Source: Chitinophaga pinensis (GTDB lineage: Bacteria; Bacteroidota; Bacteroidia; NS11-12g; UBA9320). Taken from it: a DNA stretch of 64,000 nucleotides. Under the pieces are notes generated by a model that worked only from the letters and a program-made list of their open reading frames with translations, ran no database searches and was not told the DNA's origin. Of this stretch, positions 39,314 to 50,966 are shown one piece after another (position 1 is the stretch's first letter; each line of letters opens with the position of its first letter). The DNA lies in the NCBI GenBank assembly GCA_945897885.1, contig CAMDGU010000003.1:6339-70338 (forward strand), read 5' to 3'. Position numbers and translations under genes: made by a program.

Positions 39314-40282
39314 ATGCGAAAAATAGCAGTTTTTACATCAGGAGGAGACTCCCCAGGAATGAATGCCTGTATAAGAGCCGTGGTTAGAACGGCCATTTAT
39401 TATAATATTGAAGTATTAGGTATAATGAATGGGTATGAAGGAATGATAAATAATGATGTGATTAAATTAGAGGCATCTTCGGTAGCCAACATTATACAGC
39501 GAGGGGGGACTATTCTTAAATCATCACGAAGTGAAGAATTTAGAACTGTGGAAGGACGGAAAAAAGCTTATGATAATATTATCAACAATGAAATTGAAGG
39601 ATTGATATGCATAGGAGGAAATGGTACCTACACCGGAGCCGGTATTTTTTATGAAGAATTTGGTATTCCAAGTATAGGTGTACCAGGAACCATAGATAAT
39701 GATCTTTTTGGAACTGATTTTACAATTGGTTATGATACTGCGCTTAATACGGCAATGGAAGCTATCGATAAAATACGCGACACTGCCGATTCTCATAATC
39801 GGGTATTTTTGGTGGAGGTGATGGGAAGAGACAGTGGTTTTATAGCCTTAGCGGTTGGTATTGCTGGTGGAGCTGAAGCTATTTTAGTGCCGGAAGATCA
39901 AAAGGATGAAATTAAACTCTACGATATTTTTACAAGGAATAAAGGACGAAAAAAATCGTTTTCTATAATAGTGGTAGCAGAAGGAGAGCATGGAGGAGCA
40001 ATAAATGCAGCTACAAAACTTAAACAAAAATTTCCGGAATTAGATATTAAAACTACCATTTTAGGTCATATTCAAAGAGGGGGGAGTCCTTCGGCCAGAG
40101 ATAGAATTTTATCAACTAGGTTAGGAGTATCTGCTGTTGAGCGACTGATAGAAGGTGGGAAAAATGAATGTGTAGGGATGATTAATAACAATATTAAGTT
40201 TACCTCATTTAAAGAAGCAGTAGAAAGAAGTAAACCTTTACCTGATTATATTTTAGGAATGATTGATAAACTTTCTGTTTAG
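39314..40282 (+). CDS. pfkA: ATP-dependent 6-phosphofructokinase
   Basis: TSGGDSPGMN, GGTILKS, IGGNGT, PGTIDND, EVMGR, LGHIQRGG. Confidence 0.97.
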   Translation: MRKIAVFTSGGDSPGMNACIRAVVRTAIYYNIEVLGIMNGYEGMINNDVIKLEASSVANIIQRGGTILKSSRSEEFRTVEGRKKAYDNIINNEIEGLICIGGNGTYTGAGIFYEEFGIPSIGVPGTIDNDLFGTDFTIGYDTALNTAMEAIDKIRDTADSHNRVFLVEVMGRDSGFIALAVGIAGGAEAILVPEDQKDEIKLYDIFTRNKGRKKSFSIIVVAEGEHGGAINAATKLKQKFPELDIKTTILGHIQRGGSPSARDRILSTRLGVSAVERLIEGGKNECVGMINNNIKFTSFKEAVERSKPLPDYILGMIDKLSV

Positions 40283-40292
40283 AAATTTAAAA

Positions 40293-41711
40293 TCATCTTT
40301 TTACAACTAGTTTTTTTATTTCACTGGCAAAATTGGAGGTGGTTATTTTGTAGAAGTAAAGTCCTTCAGTCAATCCATTTATATCTATCTCAAAGTTGCC
40401 TGAGGTACTTTCTAATTCAAAACGTTTTATAACCTGACCGTTTAGATTGGTTAGCTCAAAAATGGGCCTTTCAGATGAATTGGTTTTTATGTCATAAATA
40501 ATCTTAAAGCTAGAGGAAGCTGGGTTAGGCATTCCTGAAAATAAATTAACAACGGTTCTATTATTAGAAACAGGGGTAGAAAAATTATCTTCCGTTTCAA
40601 AAGCTAATGTGTCATCGGTAAGAGATTCATCTAAAAAAACAACGTTAGGTAGTGTATACCCATAGGTGCATTGGATAGTAGCAATAGTTGCAAATGAATC
40701 TGAAATAACTATCTCATCGGTAAAAACCCAATTCAATTTAGTACTTGATAGTGTGTCAACCGTAATATTTTTTTCTGATATTTCTTCATCAATATATAAT
40801 GTGTCAACGGAAGGTGGGATAAAAACAAGGTTAGATGTATAGTCAATTTTTTGTGTAGGAAGGGATATAATAGCTAAATTATTACTTTCCCAAGTACCTA
40901 CTCCATAAGTAAGTGATATGATTCCAAGTTCACTATTTACGCAGGGTTGGTAGTAGTTTTTATCAGTATTAATGCTTGAATCAATTATATAATAGGTTGG
41001 GTTTTCAAATTCAGAATTTAACTCGGGGCGGGTAAGTTTTACCAATAAATGGTCTTCATTTCTAAGCGTAAGATAAAAGGAAAGACCATTATCCGCCAAA
41101 GTTCCCGGGCAGTAATTATCTGCATTGTTTAAGAATGATTTGAATTCATAATTAATTCCATCTTGAGAGGCAAAGCTGGCAATTCGTTCATTCGAGTGAT
41201 CTCCATTGTAATAAACAAAAAGTTGACTCAAATCTTCAGTTAAGGATGGCCCCGAAATGAAAATACTGGTTGCCACCGAAATTTCACCACCTGTAAGATT
41301 GATTTTTAAAGGATTTTTAAAGCTTTTGCTTTGTTCATTGTAACTAGCTCTGTAAAGAGTTGTTGAAAATACGCCTTTGTTTTCATGGGTTACAAAAAAT
41401 ACTGTCTTTTCATCTTCAGTAAGCCAACAAGAAAAAATATCATCGCCTAAAACACCATCAATTAAAATTGATTTTGGATTTATAAATTCATCTGAAATGC
41501 TTTTTCGCTCAGCTTTCCAAATTTCATCCGAAGAATTATCTCTGGTAAAGTAAAGTCGTAATCCATCTTTTGATAGCCATGAATATGCATCCGCTTGGTT
41601 TTCCATATTTATTGGCATGTTTTGTGGTTCTAAAATTACTCCATCAGTAGTTTGAGCCATTGCAGCCATACTGCAAATTAAAGTTAAGGTTAATGCAAAG
41701 ATTGATTTCAT
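40293..41711 (-). CDS. T9SS type A cargo with TolB/PD40-like beta-propeller repeats
   Basis: Signal peptide; repeats SWLSKDGLRLYF, CWLTEDEKTVFF, PSLTEDLSQLFV, GTLADNGLSFYL; CTD MPNPAS...GLYFYKI...KKLVVKR. Confidence 0.8.
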   Translation of the reverse strand: MKSIFALTLTLICSMAAMAQTTDGVILEPQNMPINMENQADAYSWLSKDGLRLYFTRDNSSDEIWKAERKSISDEFINPKSILIDGVLGDDIFSCWLTEDEKTVFFVTHENKGVFSTTLYRASYNEQSKSFKNPLKINLTGGEISVATSIFISGPSLTEDLSQLFVYYNGDHSNERIASFASQDGINYEFKSFLNNADNYCPGTLADNGLSFYLTLRNEDHLLVKLTRPELNSEFENPTYYIIDSSINTDKNYYQPCVNSELGIISLTYGVGTWESNNLAIISLPTQKIDYTSNLVFIPPSVDTLYIDEEISEKNITVDTLSSTKLNWVFTDEIVISDSFATIATIQCTYGYTLPNVVFLDESLTDDTLAFETEDNFSTPVSNNRTVVNLFSGMPNPASSSFKIIYDIKTNSSERPIFELTNLNGQVIKRFELESTSGNFEIDINGLTEGLYFYKITTSNFASEIKKLVVKR

Positions 41712-41806
41712 AGAATTGATTTTCTTTTAACGAAGTTTTTAATAAAAAAAGTATTCGAAGTCCAATACTTTAGAAGCGGTAAAAAGTAAATGATAACTGG
41801 AAAATA

Positions 41807-41893
41807 AGTCAAATTGACTATTATAATTAATCTAAACTCCTTGATAATGTGCCTATTTGGCTTTAATGGGATTTTTTTAAAGTCATTTAGGCA
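41807..41893. promoter_or_regulatory. Three copies of a 13-bp imperfect palindrome upstream of clpB (candidate operator)
   Basis: AGTCAAATTGACT (41807-41819, perfect), TGCCTATTTGGCT (41850-41862), AGTCATTTAGGCA (41881-41893). Confidence 0.45.
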
Positions 41894-41932
41894 TTTTTAT
41901 AACTCGGGACTTCTTTTTGACAAAACAGAAGC

Positions 41933-44533
41933 ATGAACTTGAATCAATTTACAATAAAATCACAAGAAGTTGTTCAAAAGGCCCAGGAATTGGCTTTTGG
42001 AGCAAAAAATCCTTCTATAGAAACCGGCCACTTGCTTAAGGGTCTTTTTATAGTGGACGAAAATGTTTTATCGTATGCTTTAAAAAAAATAAATGCCAAC
42101 CAATCCCGAATAGAAACAGCTTTGGATGCGGTGTTAAAATCTTACTCTGTGCAGCATGGAGCCAATGATAAACTGTATTTGAGCAATGATGCCAACACAG
42201 CTTTAATGAAAGCTCAAAGCTTGCTAAAATCATTTGGCGATGAGTTTGTAACCATCGAGCACATTTTTTTAGGATTATTGGAGGGGCGTGACCAAGTAGC
42301 CAATCTTTTAAAGGATGCCGGAGTAAAAACTGATGATATAAAAAAGGCTTTTATCGCCTTGCGGGGTAATAGCAAAGCTACCAGTCAAAGTGCCGAGGAG
42401 CAATACAACGCCTTAGGTAAATATGCTAAAAATTTAAATCAATTGGCTAGGGAAGGCAAACTGGACCCTGTAATAGGAAGAGATGAGGAAATACGAAGAG
42501 TATTACAAATTTTAAGTAGAAGAACTAAAAATAATCCAATCCTTATTGGTGAACCGGGAGTTGGTAAAACCGCCATTGCCGAAGGGTTGGCTCATAGAAT
42601 TATCAATGGGGATGTTCCAGAAAATTTAAAATCCAAAACGATATTTTCATTGGATATGGGTTCTTTAATTGCCGGTGCAAAGTATAAAGGTGAGTTTGAG
42701 GAACGATTGAAGGCTGTTATAAAAGAAGTGATAGGAGCGGAGGGAGATATTGTTTTGTTTATTGATGAAATACACACGCTTGTAGGCGCCGGTGGTGGTG
42801 GCGATGGTGCTATGGATGCCGCTAATATTTTAAAACCCGCTTTGGCTCGTGGCGAGTTAAGGGCTATTGGGGCTACCACTTTGGCCGAGTATCAAAAATA
42901 CATTGAAAAAGACAAAGCTTTGGAACGCCGTTTCCAATCAGTAATGGTGGAAGAACCTGATACCCAAGATGCCATTTCTATTTTACGTGGACTAAAAGAA
43001 CGGTATGAAGTGCACCATAAAGTGCGGATAAAAGACGAAGCCATTATTGCTGCTGTTGAATTATCACAACGCTATATTTCCGATAGGTTTTTACCGGATA
43101 AGGCTATAGATTTAATGGATGAAGCTGCTGCAAAATTGCGTTTGGAAATAGATTCCGTTCCTGAAGAACTGGATGAATTGGAGCGCAGAATTATGCAACT
43201 TGAAATTGAAAAAGAAGCCATAAAGCGTGAAGGGGATGATAAAAAAGTAGAAGATATTAATAAGCAACTCAGCAAACTTGGTGAGGAACGCAACGAACTG
43301 AAAGCAAGTTGGCAAAGTGAGAAGGCCATTGTTGAAGGTATTCAAACCAAAAAGACAGCCATTGAAAATTTGAAACATGAGGCTGAATTGGCGGAGCGTT
43401 CAGGCGATTATGGTAAAGTAGCTGAAATACGCTATGGCAAAATGAAAGAAGCCGAAGAAGCTTTAAATAAATTGAATACCGAATTGCAGGAAAAGCAAAT
43501 TCGTGGTACATTGGTAAAGGAGGAAGTAGACAGTGAAGATATAGCCGATGTGGTGAGCAAATGGACTGGAATTCCTGTTAAAAGTATGTTGCAAGGCGAA
43601 CGTGAAAAGCTTTTAAATTTAGAGGCCGAACTTCACAATCGGGTTGTAGGACAGGAAGAAGCTATCACAGCTATTTCAGATGCAATTCGCAGAAGCCGTG
43701 CAGGATTAGGTGACCCAAAAAAACCAATAGGTTCCTTTATATTTTTAGGAACTACCGGGGTTGGAAAAACCGAATTAGCCAAAGCTTTGGCAGAATATCT
43801 TTTTGACCAAGAAAGTGCAATGATACGAATTGATATGAGTGAATATCAGGAAAAGCATGCCGTTAGCCGCTTGATTGGTGCCCCTCCGGGATATGTTGGA
43901 TTTGATGAAGGTGGCCAGTTAACCGAAGCAGTTCGTCGCCATCCCTATTCAGTAATATTATTGGATGAAATAGAAAAGGCTCACCCGGATGTGTTTAATA
44001 TTTTGTTGCAGGTATTGGATGATGGAAGATTGACAGATAACAAAGGCCGAACTGCAAACTTTAAAAATACCATCCTCATTATGACTTCAAATATTGGAAG
44101 CCATATAATTCAGGAAAAGTATGATAATTATAATGAAGCCAATAAAGATGAAGTGATGGCTTCAGCCAAGTTGGAGGTGTTTGATTTATTGAAACGCACT
44201 ATCCGTCCTGAGTTTTTAAATCGTATTGATGAAGTGATAATGTTTACCCCGCTAAGCCGCGAGGAAGTGAGGCAGATTGTCGAATTACAGTTTAAAACTG
44301 TAACCAAATCCATGCTTGCTTTAGGTTTTGAATTGCAAGCTACCGATGAAGTGATGGATTGGTTGGGTGAGTTGGGGTATGACCCGCAATTTGGGGCCCG
44401 ACCTTTAAAACGTGTGATGCAACGCGAAGTTTTAAATGAACTATCAAAACAAATTATAGCAGGAACCGTTAATAAAGAAAAGCCTATTCTTTTAAAATTG
44501 GATAAATACCAATTGATTTTTGAAAATAAATAA
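41933..44533 (+). CDS. clpB: ATP-dependent chaperone ClpB
   Basis: [18 protein letters not shown], coiled-coil middle domain, [24 protein letters not shown]. Confidence 0.98.
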   Translation: MNLNQFTIKSQEVVQKAQELAFGAKNPSIETGHLLKGLFIVDENVLSYALKKINANQSRIETALDAVLKSYSVQHGANDKLYLSNDANTALMKAQSLLKSFGDEFVTIEHIFLGLLEGRDQVANLLKDAGVKTDDIKKAFIALRGNSKATSQSAEEQYNALGKYAKNLNQLAREGKLDPVIGRDEEIRRVLQILSRRTKNNPILIGEPGVGKTAIAEGLAHRIINGDVPENLKSKTIFSLDMGSLIAGAKYKGEFEERLKAVIKEVIGAEGDIVLFIDEIHTLVGAGGGGDGAMDAANILKPALARGELRAIGATTLAEYQKYIEKDKALERRFQSVMVEEPDTQDAISILRGLKERYEVHHKVRIKDEAIIAAVELSQRYISDRFLPDKAIDLMDEAAAKLRLEIDSVPEELDELERRIMQLEIEKEAIKREGDDKKVEDINKQLSKLGEERNELKASWQSEKAIVEGIQTKKTAIENLKHEAELAERSGDYGKVAEIRYGKMKEAEEALNKLNTELQEKQIRGTLVKEEVDSEDIADVVSKWTGIPVKSMLQGEREKLLNLEAELHNRVVGQEEAITAISDAIRRSRAGLGDPKKPIGSFIFLGTTGVGKTELAKALAEYLFDQESAMIRIDMSEYQEKHAVSRLIGAPPGYVGFDEGGQLTEAVRRHPYSVILLDEIEKAHPDVFNILLQVLDDGRLTDNKGRTANFKNTILIMTSNIGSHIIQEKYDNYNEANKDEVMASAKLEVFDLLKRTIRPEFLNRIDEVIMFTPLSREEVRQIVELQFKTVTKSMLALGFELQATDEVMDWLGELGYDPQFGARPLKRVMQREVLNELSKQIIAGTVNKEKPILLKLDKYQLIFENK

Positions 44534-44566
44534 GATTTTTGTTTTTCATAGGTTTAATTTGCAGAT

Positions 44567-44590
44567 AGGACGTTGAAAAACGTCCTTTTC
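44567..44590 (+). terminator. Stem-loop terminator after clpB
   Basis: AGGACGTT...AACGTCCT stem followed by T-rich tract. Confidence 0.65.
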
Positions 44591-44664
44591 TGTTTTTAAA
44601 TGCTTTTGTGAAAAACTCTTCAAGGGTTTTATACCCTTGAAGAGTTGAGTTGGATTTTTGGAAA

Positions 44665-45888
44665 TTATTCCTTGATCAGAATCCGTTCATTAAAAACATC
44701 TCCTTTATCGGTTGTAATCCTTAACAAATATAAACCGGGAGTAATGCCATCAGACGATAGTTCCTTTTGGCTGATGCCTTGTTTCATTTTGCCAACAGGG
44801 AATTGTTTTAACTCAGCCCCGTTTAGGGCAAAAATATAAACCACTACCGAGCATTCTTCCTTCAAATCCAGTTTTAGGTTAAAGTTATCCTTAGCAGGAT
44901 TGGGAAATACCAAGTATTTAGTAATGGCTTTGCTTTTGGTATTTTGGCAAGCTTCAAAGTAATTGCAGGAAACCACACTTTTGCCTTCGCAGGTTGAATC
45001 GTTGTTAAAGGTAATTTTAGAGCGGTTGCATGTTAAAGCAGCAATATCGTTTCGTATTTCATTGGCGGTTTTGTTATCCAATATTTTTAAGAACTTTTCG
45101 GTGGGTTCATACCAGAAAATAATATCGGGTCGTTGTTTTCTGGTAAGTTGATCCATGACTGAATAGTCATCACCTGATTTAACAAGAACAGGAATCAAAT
45201 TATAGCTTGAAATTTTTTCTAGTACATTTATGCTTGAATCAAAAGAAGCTTTAGCCCATTTTCCCAAATCATCTGATAGCCAAACTGGCTTTACATAAGT
45301 GGCTGAATCAAAATTATCAAGAGGTATATATAGTTTTATTTCATCTGATTTTTTATTGAATCCAATTTGAATTGCCAGAGGTTTACCCGTTTTCTTATCA
45401 GTTTGATATGGTATAGGGATTTGTTGAAATATTGTTTTGTTTGCAACTCTTATTAAAAGTTTTGCCAATTGTACTTCACTTAGCGTGATAGTTTTAATAG
45501 ATGAATTTTTGGCTGAGCCATTTGCCACCTCTTCAAATGATTTTCCTTCAGGTAGTTTTGCGTTTAAATCAATGCCTTTTAGGTGTTCATTATTGATTTC
45601 TGCATAATCTTTAATACGCTTTTTGTCTTCTGGATTTAATTCATTTAGTATGGCGTCATTAATATCGTACCAAAATATTTTATTTGCATCACTTCCTTTC
45701 AACCAAAGGCCAACCATTTTATATTTTTTGTTATTAAAATTTTGAAGTTGACTATAATCCCATTTCATATTGAATTCATCTAGCTCGCTAATTTGATTTG
45801 TCAAAGTATCGTAGGTAGAAAAAAAGGAGGGGAAAATTGTATTAACCGAATCCTTCACCAAATCCCAATTTCCTGTTCCGGTACTCAT
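44665..45888 (-). CDS. T9SS type A CTD-bearing ORF; distal part of the frameshifted anti-sigma candidate
   Basis: No signal peptide of its own; frame open upstream to 46080; ends CNYFEAC...LVFPNPAK...GLYLLRI...ERILIKE. Confidence 0.8.
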   Translation of the reverse strand: MSTGTGNWDLVKDSVNTIFPSFFSTYDTLTNQISELDEFNMKWDYSQLQNFNNKKYKMVGLWLKGSDANKIFWYDINDAILNELNPEDKKRIKDYAEINNEHLKGIDLNAKLPEGKSFEEVANGSAKNSSIKTITLSEVQLAKLLIRVANKTIFQQIPIPYQTDKKTGKPLAIQIGFNKKSDEIKLYIPLDNFDSATYVKPVWLSDDLGKWAKASFDSSINVLEKISSYNLIPVLVKSGDDYSVMDQLTRKQRPDIIFWYEPTEKFLKILDNKTANEIRNDIAALTCNRSKITFNNDSTCEGKSVVSCNYFEACQNTKSKAITKYLVFPNPAKDNFNLKLDLKEECSVVVYIFALNGAELKQFPVGKMKQGISQKELSSDGITPGLYLLRITTDKGDVFNERILIKE

Positions 45889-46048
45889 GTTAGTGCCATG
45901 TCTATTTGAATTGATAGCAAGTTCTCCCTCTCTATTTTTTCTATGATAAATAATTGGGTTAAAGGAGGTAAATCCTAATCTTCGTAGAAGTGCGGTATCA
46001 GGAAAAATAATTTGATTTTTATCTATTGCAATATTTTGCTTTGTATGT

Positions 46049-46972
46049 TTAATTTCTTCCTTTTTTTTTGTTTTTATCAGTTAGTGCATGTGAATAGAAG
46101 GTTTTATTCGAGTTGATATTTTTTTGGATACTTTCGGGTAATAAATTTATTAGTTTATCATTTATTTCAAACCAGGCTATATAAGGTTTACCTGCTTTTG
46201 ATGTTTCATCTTCCACCCAAACCGGTAATAAATTAGACGCAATTCTATAGGCTTCAATTTTACTTGGATTAAAAAACATACCTAATAAATCTTTAATATC
46301 ACCATCTTCAGTTGTTGCAAACATTGCCAATGGATTATCCCCGTTAGGATTTTCCATTTTTGAATGAGAAGTCATACTAATAAAGCTATTGTCTCCAAAA
46401 AAAGCTTTAAAACTTCCAAGTCTGGTATTCTCCATTTCATACATAAACACATCGTCCTTAATATAAATGCCAAGTCTTTTAAGTTCTGCTTTAGTAAGGA
46501 TAACAAAAGTGTTCTTGTCAAAGGAAATGTTGGTGCTATTGGTGTTAATTGTTTCAGGCCCTACTTCGCTTTTCGCAATTACTTTCTTCTTTTTACCTGT
46601 GTCATCAGCCCTCGGTGGGGGCTTGGTGGTGTAAGTAATTTTAGGTGGAGAAATTAGTAGCTGCTTGGCTTCCTCTATTTCAGTAACGGGATTTTTCAAA
46701 GGCACAATAGCCGTTTTTGCAATTTTTGAAGGTGTTTTTTTGAAGGATTTTTGGTTAGAATTAACATAAAATACGATGGTTGCGGCTATGCCTATTATCA
46801 GTGTTGAAATTGTCATGGCTTTAATTTTAAAGGTTTTAAAATTTTGATATTTATCGGTTGGTGTCCTAACCAAACGACCATTCATCAATCCCCGAATTTC
46901 ATCAGAATTCAATAAAACTTCCTGTTCTTTGGCCATATTGAAAAGCTTATTTAATTGTTCTTCATTTTGCAT
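46049..46972 (-). CDS. Putative membrane-anchored anti-sigma factor; proximal part, joined to 44665-45888 if the A9 run at 46061-46069 is one base shorter
   Basis: Starts 2 nt after the ECF sigma stop; ~50-aa soluble N-terminus, single TM (TISTLIIGIAATIVFYV), Pro/Lys linker, first repeat. Confidence 0.75.
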   Translation of the reverse strand: MQNEEQLNKLFNMAKEQEVLLNSDEIRGLMNGRLVRTPTDKYQNFKTFKIKAMTISTLIIGIAATIVFYVNSNQKSFKKTPSKIAKTAIVPLKNPVTEIEEAKQLLISPPKITYTTKPPPRADDTGKKKKVIAKSEVGPETINTNSTNISFDKNTFVILTKAELKRLGIYIKDDVFMYEMENTRLGSFKAFFGDNSFISMTSHSKMENPNGDNPLAMFATTEDGDIKDLLGMFFNPSKIEAYRIASNLLPVWVEDETSKAGKPYIAWFEINDKLINLLPESIQKNINSNKTFYSHALTDKNKKKGRN

Positions 46973-46974
46973 AA

Positions 46975-47520
46975 TCAGGATATTGCGGTATTGGTTTTTA
47001 AATTACTTAATGGGTTATCAAAAAGCTCGCGATCAAACTGCAGCATGGTTTCTAGCTTTTTTCTTCCCCGGTAAACATTTGTTTTTGTTGTGTTCAAGTT
47101 TATTTGCATTATTTCTGAAACTTCAACAAGGGTACACCCCGAAATTTCAAACAAAACAATGGCTTCTGCTTCCTCCGGTTTTAGTTTAGCAATACAGTGG
47201 TAAAGCATGTTTAAGGAAATGGCATCATCTGTTTTTTCATTACTTGCTTTACTATTTGCTTTTTCCAAGCTTAAAAACTGTACTATTTTTTTTCGTCTTA
47301 ATTTTTTTTTGAACAAGCGGCTGGCAATACCAAACAAAAAATATTTAAACTTTTCTGGCTCTTTCATTTTCTCAAAGCTTTCAAAGGCTGCCAGCACCGT
47401 TTCGCTCATTAAGTCTTTGGCATCATCCTCATCTTTCATTACTGCGCGGCAATAGCAACTCAACTCATGTTTAAAGTTTTCATATAATAGTATAAATTGC
47501 TCTTGCAGTAGTTTTTGCAT
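46975..47520 (-). CDS. ECF-type sigma-70 family RNA polymerase sigma factor
   Basis: 181 aa; region 2 DAKDLMSETVL...FKYFLFGIA; region 4 EAIVLFEISGCTLVEVSEIM...TKTNVYRGRKKL. Confidence 0.92.
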   Translation of the reverse strand: MQKLLQEQFILLYENFKHELSCYCRAVMKDEDDAKDLMSETVLAAFESFEKMKEPEKFKYFLFGIASRLFKKKLRRKKIVQFLSLEKANSKASNEKTDDAISLNMLYHCIAKLKPEEAEAIVLFEISGCTLVEVSEIMQINLNTTKTNVYRGRKKLETMLQFDRELFDNPLSNLKTNTAIS

Positions 47521-47557
47521 TCGTGGTAATTACATTTTATCTGGCCTGTTCACTAAC

Positions 47558-47588
47558 ATAAGTTCCTTCAAAGGCTTATTTAGTTTCA
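47558..47588 (-). promoter_or_regulatory. Possible ECF-type autoregulatory promoter
   Basis: TGAAAC-N17-GAACTTAT upstream of the sigma gene; no exact TAnnTTTG box seen there; inference only. Confidence 0.3.
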
Positions 47589-47670
47589 AAAATTTGGCTT
47601 AAAGTTTTAAAGTGCTGATAGGCAATACTAATAATTAAAGTAAGGATACGAATTTAGCTTTTATACCAAC

Positions 47671-47704
47671 AAAAAACCCCTCACCACTAAAGGCAAGGGG
47701 TTTT
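47671..47704 (-). terminator. Intrinsic terminator after gyrB
   Basis: AAAACCCCT...AGGGGTTTT stem with A run on plus (U run on minus). Confidence 0.75.
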
Positions 47705-47724
47705 AGATATGCTTTAATTATTAA

Positions 47725-49692
<1,968 letters not shown>

Positions 49693-49864
49693 TTAAAATG
49701 TAAATTTAGTCTAAAAAGCCCATAATTAGAGGTGTTTTCGTGTTTCTTGTTTTCCACAATTAATGCACGGTTAGGTATAAAAAAAGGGTAAAAAAAATCT
49801 CTAGTTCCGGCTATAAATAATGTTGTTCAAGTAGAATTCTACTTAGAATTTAATCTTTAAATTT

Positions 49865-50920
49865 TTATAGAAGAGATAATTCCCCTTTTAAATTTTTAGA
49901 GAATAATTCATTTATGTGGGTTTCAGATTTATTCCCCAATAACCACATCATTTTAGCTGTAGCTGCTTCCAAAGTCATATCTGCTCCGCTTATTACGCCG
50001 CAGTTATAAAGATTAGTACCGGTTTTGTATTTTTTCATATTAACAAAACCTTCCTGACATTGGGATATATTTAAAACAGTTTTTGCATTGTCAACCAATA
50101 ATTTTAAAGCTTTTATAAAGGTTTCTGACGATGGGGCATTGCCACTTCCAAAGGTTCTTAAAATAACACCTTTTAATTTTTTATCCGCAGCTAAACGGCT
50201 TAGTATATCCGAATTGAAACCCGGAAAAAGTGTGATAATAATAATATTGGTTTCAAAATTAGGCTTTATGTTAAAAGGTTCTGTGGGGGGTTCTAAAGTA
50301 TACTTATCGCTAATTTGAATGGATTGTTCCAAACTTCCCACCTCAGGGAATGATGGTGATTCAAAGCCTGAAAAGTCTTTTGAACTGGATTTTGTAGACC
50401 GATTTCCACGCAATAATTTATCGTTAAAACAAATCAAAACTTCAGGAATTACAGGCAGGTTAAATACTTTGGCAGCTGCAATATGAATGGCATTGCTTAG
50501 GTTACTTATGGCATCAGTTCGGGGATGAAAAATAGGTAATTGACTTCCGGTAATAATCACGGGTTTACCCAAATTTTGTAACGAAAAGCTAAGGGCAGAG
50601 GCTGTGTAGGCCATTGTATCTGTTCCATGAATTATTATAAATCCATCATACAAATCATAATTTTCAAACACTATTTCTGAAATTTGAGCCCAATGGTTTG
50701 GTGTAAATTCAGAACTATCGATAACATCATCAAAGGATTTATAGGTAAATTCAATTCCTTTTTCTTTGGTAAAAAAACCATCAGCAGAAAGAGTCGGCAT
50801 TGCTTTTTGAAGGAACTCCCATCCCTGCGGAATTAATGGGCTACCGGAATCTCCGGGAGTTTCATGTCCCATACCAATGGTGCCACCTGTATATAAAATT
50901 AAAATTTTAGTTGAGGGCAT
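49865..50920 (-). CDS. ansA: Type I (cytoplasmic) L-asparaginase
   Basis: YTGGTIGM, HGTDTMAYTAS, TGSQLP, RGNRSTK, TFGSGNAP, DMTLEAA. Confidence 0.9.
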   Translation of the reverse strand: MPSTKILILYTGGTIGMGHETPGDSGSPLIPQGWEFLQKAMPTLSADGFFTKEKGIEFTYKSFDDVIDSSEFTPNHWAQISEIVFENYDLYDGFIIIHGTDTMAYTASALSFSLQNLGKPVIITGSQLPIFHPRTDAISNLSNAIHIAAAKVFNLPVIPEVLICFNDKLLRGNRSTKSSSKDFSGFESPSFPEVGSLEQSIQISDKYTLEPPTEPFNIKPNFETNIIIITLFPGFNSDILSRLAADKKLKGVILRTFGSGNAPSSETFIKALKLLVDNAKTVLNISQCQEGFVNMKKYKTGTNLYNCGVISGADMTLEAATAKMMWLLGNKSETHINELFSKNLKGELSLL

Positions 50921-50966
50921 TTTATGGGATTCTTTTTTTAGACTTTTTGTAAAATGAATAAAGAAT

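Noticed and set aside
41712-41932. CIRCE/HrcA operator or sigma54 box upstream of clpB
   Set aside because: No TTAGCACTC-N9-GAGTGCTAA and no GG-N10-GC match with correct spacing
46061-46069. dnaX-type -1 programmed ribosomal frameshift (A AAA AAG)
   Set aside because: Restoring the frame needs +1 (one A fewer); AAG is not in the zero frame, so the canonical -1 mechanism does not apply
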